Source of the DNA: Eledone cirrhosa
Lineage: Eukaryota
NCBI GenBank assembly: GCA_964016885.1
Contig: OZ024753.1
Location: 32,116,001 to 32,180,000 of the forward strand
Length of the DNA stretch: 64,000 nt
Direction of reading: 5' to 3'
Every line of letters starts with the position of its first letter. Position 1 is the stretch's first letter. Of the stretch, positions 55,311 to 64,000 are shown piece by piece. The translations under genes were made by a program, and so were the position numbers. The notes under the pieces were generated by a model that did not search any database, was not told the origin of the DNA, and worked only from the letters and a program-made list of their open reading frames with translations.

Positions 55311-55710
55311 TATTGTTTCTACTTTTGTCACAAGGCCAGCAATTATCCCAGTGTATTACTAGTACTTTATTTTATCTACCCCGTAAGGATGAAAGGCAAA
55401 GTTAACCGCGGCAGGATTTGAACTCAGACCGAAAAGGGACATAACCCTATGCTGCAAAGCATGGCGTCCGATACTGCCAATCCACTGCCAATAACATCTT
55501 AATAATGGTGTCTGATTTAGGCACAAGGTCAACAACTTCGGAGCAAGGGAAAGTCCATTAAATCGACCCCTGTGCAATACTGGTACTTTATATTATCCAT
55601 CCTGTAAGAACGAAATGCAAAACGAACATCGGTGGGATTTGATCTCAGAATGTAATGTGCCGTAACTATATTGTTGGCCGATGCCAACCCACTGCCAACC
55701 CACCGCCCTT
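55311..55710 (-). mobile_element. Two adjacent SINE family 1 copies (young 55311-55488, older 55500-55710)
   Basis: Two reverse-complement consensus matches in tandem. Confidence 0.82.
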
Positions 55711-56387
55711 GATTATCTTAATTTAAAAAAAAAGACAGACAAAATTAGAGTTTTAAAATTATTAAAAAATGTTGTTGTTGTCCCTAGGTCACACTTTCGA
55801 TATGGACCTTGTATTAAAGGACCGGGGTGGCTCTACTGATCCCCGTACATATGTATAAACTCACCCACAGAGAACAGAAGACATAAACACACATGTCAAA
55901 CACAAATACACACACGCGGAAATGTATCATAGAAAGACAAGATCGAGTATACAAAATAAGCTAAGAAAAAAGCGGAGGCAAAGGGGAAAACAGAGTTATT
56001 GAGGTCTCAATGTGTGACGAAAGAACTTTGACGACGGTTAATTAATACCTAATAAAAAAAATTGAAGTGAAAATTAAATAATTTTTTTATTGGCATATAT
56101 ACATATATATATTGTATATGTACATATAAACATACATATATATGACTGTGTATGTATGTATATTGATGCGTGCATATATGTGAATGTAGTACTAATATCT
56201 TTTATATATCCTCAAGGGTTTAATTAGCTTTTTATCTGGGAATCATTTTGTTTGTGTTAATCATCCTCTCAAGTTTGCTAATATACAGTTTCAAACGGTG
56301 TGAATCAAGCAGAGAAATATATATGACATCAAACGCAAATAGTACCAAACAGATATCTAATTACCACACATGATCACACCCCCAAAC

Positions 56388-56445
<58 letters not shown>

Positions 56446-56571
56446 AAGATAGACATAGAATATTCGAAACTATTCTGTATGTTTATAATAAACATTTTGA
56501 AGACCTAATCGCTATAGAATAGAATACGTCACGTATTACAATTAATCCAATATATATATATATATATATAT

Positions 56572-56677
56572 GAAAATATATGACCCCGACGGCAGAGCTG
56601 AAGCCGTTTCGACGGCTATTTCGAGTACTCTGGTGCGTTATGGTCCATCTGGTTCCTTACCACAACTCCTTCGTTTT
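56572..56677 (+). mobile_element. PLE family A, minimal copy with no sense arm
   Basis: Inverted arm ending GACGGCTATTTC joined directly to GAGTACTCTGGTGCG of the tail. Confidence 0.83.
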
Positions 56678-56822
56678 ATATATATATATATGCACTCATG
56701 CTCTCTCTCACACATATGTTTATATATATAAATATATAGATGCAATAAGGCTGAATGGTTAAGAAGAGTTCGCTTACCAATCTTTAGGTTTGGGGATCGG
56801 TTCCACGGTATGGCATCTTGTA

Positions 56823-56882
<60 letters not shown>

Positions 56883-56884
<2 letters not shown>

Positions 56885-57326
56885 TAAAGAATCAAAAAGA
56901 ACAGAAAGATGCAGTAAAAGAGATTTATTCGGTTCTAACGTACGTTTCAATAGACATCAATTTGCCTAGATCTCGCTGCATTTATAATATTATATAGTTA
57001 GTATATAGAAATATAATCTCTGATGATATGGAATCGATTACGCATTGGATGTCGAATGCTCTACTAACTATAAAATATGATAGATGCAGCGAGATCTAGG
57101 CAAATTGATGTCTATTGAAACGTACGTTAGAACCGAATAAATCTCTTCTACTGCATCTTTCTGTTCTTTTTGATTCTTTATACACGCCCCGGAGTGTAGC
57201 TAAACTGGAATATACACCTATTTTCTGCATTTCGTTGAGCACCACTCTGTTGTAAGCTGACCTTCCCCTACACGGTACATAACACAGTGTCCTGGAAAAC
57301 CTTAATGCACTCGTGCATAACCAATT
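56883..57326 (+). mobile_element. PLE hairpin insertion, family P: arms 56883-56980 and 57084-57182, tail to about 57326
   Basis: 98-bp inverted repeat; hammerhead TCT CTGATGA (57020), about 90 nt, GAAA CGTACG TT AGA (57117-57131); (TA)n flanks. Confidence 0.83.
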
Positions 57327-57384
57327 ATATATAAATATATATATATATAAATACATATATATATATATATAAATATATATATAA

Positions 57385-58075
57385 ATATATTTTTTTAAGT
57401 CGTTTGGAAGCCTCGACAATGCAGATGGGTAAATCTCCGGGTAACAGGATCCGGTGGTAGTGAGAGAGATGTAAGTGGGTGTACGTTGAGATGCGTGGCG
57501 TGTATAAGACGTGTAGAGGAATGAAGGAGAGAGCGTAAAGGATAAAAATAAAAATAACAACACGAGAGAGAGTTACCTTGGGAGAGATTTAATTGTCCCT
57601 ATATATTTCGGATTCACATCCATCAACTGGGGGTATTTTCCGGGGTGGGGGAAAGGTTGTCTGTCGGAAAGGTGCGAAACGTGTCCTCCGCTGTTCGTTG
57701 TTTTGAACATTGATATTCAAAATAACGAACAGCGGTGGACACGTTTCGCACCTTTCTGACAGACAACCTTTCCCCCCACCCCGGAAAATACCCCCAGTTG
57801 ATGGATGTGAATCCGAAATATATAGGGACAATTAAATCTCTCTCAAGGTAACTCTCTCTCGTGTTGTTATTTTTATCCTTTACGCTCTATCCTTCATTCC
57901 TCTACACGTCTTATACACGCCACGCATCTCAACGTACACCCACTTACATCTCTCTCTCTACCACCGGATCCTGTTACCCGGAGATTTACCCATTTGCATT
58001 GTCGAGGCTTCCAAACGACTTAAAGATATTTACTTATTGTTCCACAATGCTTCAAGCAAACTTCAATACTCTCTT
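57385..58075 (+). mobile_element. PLE-type hairpin insertion, family Q: arms about 57385-57708 and 57716-58030, short tail
   Basis: About 320-bp inverted repeat with about 8 differences; variant hammerhead CCC CAGTTGAT GGAT-gtga-ATCC GAAA TATA TA GGG; (TA)n flanks. Confidence 0.8.
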
Positions 58076-58121
58076 ATATAAATATATATATATAAATATA
58101 TATATATAATAAATATATATA

Positions 58122-58290
58122 TATAGGAACAAGTAAGACCCCGACGGCTGAGCTCAGAATTAGCCGTCGAAACGGCTTGAGCTCAGCCGTCGGGGTCTTA
58201 CTTGTTCCTATTACCCACTCTACTACCCTAAGTATTGAGTACTTTGGTGCGTTATGGTCCACCTGGTTCCTTACCACATTTCTTTCGTTA
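58122..58290 (+). mobile_element. PLE family A, short hairpin copy
   Basis: About 35-bp inverted arm; sense part starts GAATTAGCCGTCGAAAC; near-identical to 41838-41970. Confidence 0.88.
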
Positions 58291-61200
58291 AATATATAAA
58301 TATATATATAAATAAATAAATATATATACACATACATATATATATATATTCATAAATATCTAAACTCATATTTATATATATATATATATTCATATGTCTA
58401 TCCTTCTATATGTATGTATGTATGAGCACATATATGTGCATATGTATATACCCGACTTCATATTTCGACATAGGATATTGAACGTAATTTTAAGGATAAA
58501 TTATTATTAAATTATTCTGACCCATCCGACTCCTATATACTATATTTACATATTTAATATCTTAACATTAGTTTAATAAAGTAGTGAAGATTTATTAAAT
58601 GTATAGTTATTAGTTTCAGAGGAAAAATATGTAATTAGTAGACCAGTGTCGGCAATAATGACGTGAATAATTATTATTTTTTAGTCCAAGATTGGCATAC
58701 CATGGATACAAAGATTACTGGATATATGAACAATGAGAACAAACTAGGAAAATTGAATTTTGAGGAATAGTTATTTCGCCGTAGTTACTCGTATATTTGT
58801 TCATGTATATCATCCATATATATATATATGTTGGACATTTATAAACTTATTAAATCTGAGAAATAAATTATCAAATTATCATTTTTATCTTTAATAATTT
58901 CTGTGTTAGTAATCAACATAAGGCCTGCTAATCGCTGAAACCAAGTGAATGTGTTGTTCTAAGGCAGAAAGTAAGTTCTCGTTCACGTTGTAACTCGATG
59001 TGAGAGAACTATTGTATAAGGCAATGGCAGAGGCGGAAGGGTGCAGATGAGAAGGTCAATCGAGTGATCATGATGGGCCTCAGGAAATGCAATATGCCGA
59101 CGTTGTGTGTTGAACCCTATAGCAGGGCTCTGGGGAGTATCGTCGGTATTTGATAAACGTGGGGCAGGTAAATCAGTCCATGGCATGGAAGGGGGAGTTG
59201 TCAGAATTTGAAAGTGTGGTGGCATTCAAAACCAATGAAAAGGTGTTCCTCAGCTATAGAAGACTCAATCACATAGTGTTTCCCCTTTAAAATTGAAGTC
59301 TTGGCCATTCGTTTCACATCAAATATTTCTTTACACACATGCACACACTTTCACTCTCTAACACTTAAAGTAAGTAAGTAGAGGTATTCGACCTGATGCG
59401 ATTAAATTCATGGCATGAAGCATTAATAAGATTAAGCGTTAATGTTTATAATGATGTTGAAGCTAATAGCAATTTATTGACTTACACACTGAATTCCATA
59501 TGTGTAATTAGTCTTTAATCTGTAACTAAACAACAATTTGAAATTATCCTAGATATTCTAATATACGCTCTGTTGGGCAGATATATTTAATATTTAATAA
59601 CGTTGCCAAATGAACGCAAATTACATTGGATATTTCTGTTATATTCTAGTTTGTATTTAACAGAATAGTAATCCGTTATAAGAAGAATAAAAGAAAACAA
59701 CAAACTAGCTTCGAACTATGTAATATTTGTTCTTTATTCATACTAAGGTTTTTACTTATAAAATCTAGTGGGATGTACATTATATATATATATATATACA
59801 AATATATAAAATTATCTAATAGACGCCGTGTTGTGAACGTATATATAAATATAATAATCTAATAGACGCTGCGTTGTGCACGTATATATATATATAGTCT
59901 CACACACTTCCACACTTAGATACAGTGTCTTTTAATTATTTCGTACTCTATTTTGATATTGAAAAACATATTAAATTTCTCAGATTGTATCTGACAGTAT
60001 ATAAGATAATTTTTTCTAAAATTATATTTCAAATAATTAAATATTTCTTTTTGAAATAATTACATATACAATTAGTCTTCGTAGATAATTATTCTTTATG
60101 TTAGTATGCACACTTTACAACATATATAGTTTTAATTCAATTACTATAAAGCCAATGTAATTAACAATGTTTTAAAGATTATGATCAAAATGTTTAATAA
60201 TTTTAGTTGATTACCTTAATCGTTAACTTATATTATTAATGAAAGTGTGGTTTACTCCTTGTATTAGCGGATCAAATTACAACACCAACCAATGTATGTG
60301 AATTAGAGAGCGCAAAGAAAACATGTCTGACCTCTGCAAGAGTAGGCGAAAAGAGGCAGTTATGGGAGAAAGCGGGAGGAGAGTAAAAGTGAGAGGGGAA
60401 GAGAAAGAAAGAAGGGGAAGAGTTAATACCAACAAAGTAGATAGGGAGAAAGAGAGAACAGGTCACAGCAAAAAAAAAAAATAATAAAAATTCTTGAAGA
60501 AACAGGGAGCTGTGTGTTTACTTGATAAAGTGTGTTTAAAATAAGAGGAAAGCACAAACAGAGGATATTCTCATCATAAGTTGTCTGCTGGGGATCACGG
60601 AAATTTCAACACACACATATATATATATATATATAATGAAAAACACTACCTATGATTTTCAAACAATTTTCAAAATAATCACGGATTCGCTGGGATTTAG
60701 TAGTATAACTAACCTTTTCGCTATTAAGTTGATGTTCAGAACATATTTCTTACATCAAATTATAATGGGAGGATTGTAGATAAATATACGTAATTCAATA
60801 TGAAGAACATATCAAAGTACGAAAGGTAGTTTCAAGCAGTTTGGTATAAAAAAAGTTAACTGCAAGACTTATTTTTGGTGAATATAAAACTCCTTGGATA
60901 CTTCTGCGTAGACTAACTAAAAATTACAGTAATTGAGGTATTACATCACTAATGAATCTCTATTGATTAAATAGCTATACGACATGCATTACTGGTTACT
61001 GAATCACGCAACCAATAAACTTAGGTCAATTACCTATACCACATATTTGAGTAAATATATTACATCATATTGATTAATAACAATATATTGATTACATCGA
61101 ATGTATATTATTGGATGATGACCAAAATATTACTGATTATTTATAAAAGTACAATATTGGTAAATGCATTTTGTCACCAATAACAGTATTTTGATTACCT

Positions 61201-61364
61201 AGAAGGCATTGGTGAATGTATTACGTCACCAAAACAAGTGAATTTCCTTCAAAACACATCATTGTTGAATGCATCAACTCACCAATAAAGATTGCCATCA
61301 TGCCAACACTAACTGATATATGTTTTTTTATTTTTTGCAAATGTTTTGGAATAGCTGTACATTA

Positions 61365-61436
<72 letters not shown>

Positions 61437-61969
61437 CAACGGACCTCCGTCAGTTTCGAAGATTAGTGTTCCAGTCGTTCGATCAATGGAACAAGCTTGT
61501 CATGAAATTAACTTGTAAGTGGCTAGGTATTTTACAGATACGTGTACAACTAACGGAATTTTCAGAGGTCTAGCGTAACAGTGCTTGAGAGCGATGGCCC
61601 TTTGAATTACATTGCATGTACATTCAATCCGGCGGGCTTCATATATATATATGTGTGTGGTCTCTACCAATTCTCATTGTTGAGGGTCGGGGAATCTATC
61701 GACTAATGCACACCTATATGATGCCGTGTGTCCATGATTATTATCGGGAAAAAGTGACGTCGGTGGGTTCTGAAGAGTGCTCCGACTATTACTTGGAAAT
61801 TGGTTACCGATACACAGCTTATATGCCTTCAACACAATGATGAAGCGATTGGATACTTGAAAGCTATTGGTGTGACTTCGGAGTCCTATCTACACCTGTT
61901 TTAAAATCAGAATGATCCAGAATACAAACCAGGGCTAATACTCTCTGTCTATCCGTTTATTTTTACACA

Positions 61970-62133
61970 CAGTGCCGTGTTAATCATTGTGCTTAGGTGT
62001 CTTAAGCACAGGGATCCGTGCCAGGGGGTGAGGGGCGCCTTCCTGCCGATAAACTTTTATTACTTGGCCTACTTCCTTCAGGGCCCAAGTAAGGGGCCTA
62101 ACACAGGGCCTCATTTATCCTAAATCGGCACTG
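61970..62133. mobile_element. Probable hAT-like MITE
   Basis: TIRs CAGTGCCG / CGGCACTG and GC-rich GGGCC subterminal motifs; no TSD recognisable. Confidence 0.5.
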
Positions 62134-64000
62134 CACTTATGCAAATATATAATTATCCATAGATGGAAATATTCCGAATCATTTAAAATATATAAAGAAA
62201 TGTACTAGATTGTGTTGATAAAACGATTGCCTTTTATACACTGTGAAGAATTAACAAACACATCAAGGCATTTTGTCCTACACTCGAACAATACTTGTAA
62301 CTGAGAAAAAGTTTCCCGCTGAATAATAGTCCGACGTCGATGGTATTGGGTATTTAGTGAAATGCAAATGATCATGTTACGGTCATGGCATTCTGAAACA
62401 ACATTATTACAAAGTAATTGTCGTCTAGCTGAGACACAACCTAGATGTTTGCGTCAAATCATACTGTATGCTGCTCACGATCACGTAAAGAATGATTTTA
62501 CTATCTACACATAATTACAAAAACTCCTTATGTCTACAAGTTTATATTACGAAATAATCTTCCAATGTTTGTGATTTTAATTTAATTATTTCTATATAAT
62601 GTCTTATTAGACTTTCAGAACTACAATCTCGTCTACTCATGTTGAATTTATAAACTGTTGTACCATTAGCCATGATAACTGTCACGTTTTGGTATGATTA
62701 AATTGGGAATAGTCATTTCCACACACACACACACACAGTGTGAAATGCACAAACATACACACTCACACATTGTGAGATGCACAAGTACACACATATACAC
62801 ACACATTCACACAGAGTGTAAGATGCACAGAGACACATACATACACTCTCTCTATCTCTCACTTTCCCACTCACGCATGCAAAAATCAGAAATTGTCATT
62901 AATCGCCCTGAATTTCTATGAATTTCGGTAACATATTAACCCCTTCAGCGTTGTGTGTCTAACGAAACTCGTGGCCGATATGTTTGAATTGATATTTGGA
63001 ATACTCATGAATTGAAAAGGTTTATTAAAATATCAAAGTTGAGCGTTACAAAGCTATTGTTAGCAACATAAAGGGTTCCGAGGTATAGCTCTGAGACCAA
63101 TTTTAAATATAATTTACCATAGCTCCAGTTCAAAACAAAGCCATGTGAGTAAAATTGTGTTGACGAAAGTTATGTGATTGCTTATCGGAGGGATTATACT
63201 TGCAATGCAATTCACGTTGAATATCCTTCTGCATCATGGTAAGTGTGTGTGTGTGTGTGTGTGTGAAATACTCAGCAAGTTGTACAATCATTTCATGAGC
63301 AAGTCATACATTTAATCGAATAACTAGAAAATTCATCGTCAAAACCGACGGAGGAGTTTTCCTCTCTTAATCTTGTCAGGCGTTTTTTTCTGACAGAGAC
63401 AATTTAGTCTCTGACGGGGGACATATTTTGCTGACTATTTTGTTAACTGGTGTGGATGTCAACCAGAAACAGCTTGTGTTGATCAGTGTATATGTCGGAT
63501 TTTTAAAAAAAATTATAATACTTTTCTTAACGAGAAGAAACTATCATATCATCAACTGGAAAATATACATGGATTAATTAAGGATATAATGCCATAATGA
63601 ACCACCTGGAAACTCTCAACTTGAGATCCCCGCGGAGGAATTAGTTGATGTATGATCCGACACCGACAATTTTCAGCTTGCCGAATAAATATGAGATACC
63701 TTTAAACAGACATATTATCATACATTTCCTGTCACGTTCCCAACGTCAGTTGGAGAAGAATTACATTCCATGGTATCAAATTATAGGAAAACAAAAAGAA
63801 TGGATGAATAAAGAGACAACGACAGCTTGAAAATGATTTTAGACAGGTTTGATGATGCACAAAAGCTGAAGAATTTCCTCAACTTTCTCGTAAATTGATT
63901 CCAATTCTCAATTGTAGATGTTCATTTTTCGAACATCTGCTCCTCACTGAATCATTTGATATGGAAATGGAATTAAAGCAATTAGAGAGGACTCGAGTGA

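Noticed and set aside
58983-59225. 80-aa ORF in a GC-elevated segment
   Set aside because: No recognisable domain; probably a decayed repeat
63600-63950. Possible Tc1-like transposase C-terminus (...FFEHLL)
   Set aside because: Similarity limited to a few residues; no DDE motif or TIR seen

Overview
AT-rich, microsatellite-dense animal DNA (intron or intergenic). The repeat families look like those of octopus, which is inference from recalled repeats and not a database match. No host protein-coding exon can be supported; most listed ORFs are translations of (TA)n/(CA)n/(GA)n tracts. Ordinary repeats are about 20 tRNA-derived SINE copies (several with clean TSDs), a young 5'-truncated RTE LINE 3' end, two non-autonomous Helitrons, Tc1/mariner- and hAT-like MITEs, and compound minisatellites. 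The striking signal is more than 20 insertions, from roughly 10 unrelated sequence families, sitting in (TA)n tracts with one architecture: (TA)n - inverted terminal repeat - optional spacer - direct terminal repeat - 3' tail - (TA)n. Eight are clear hairpins with arms of about 35-470 bp. Their repeats carry minimal hammerhead ribozyme cores (CUGANGA...GAAA...UH). One copy keeps a GIY-YIG C-terminal fragment and another an RT motif-A fragment, identifying them as Penelope-like retroelements (PLEs). PLE hammerheads and inverted pLTRs are known. Features I cannot place in existing descriptions are a YRTYGAGTRCT motif shared by the tails of unrelated families, a recurrent truncation point inside the ribozyme, asymmetric arms suggesting twin priming, and a G-T bias among arm mismatches. 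All alignments and counts were done by eye.
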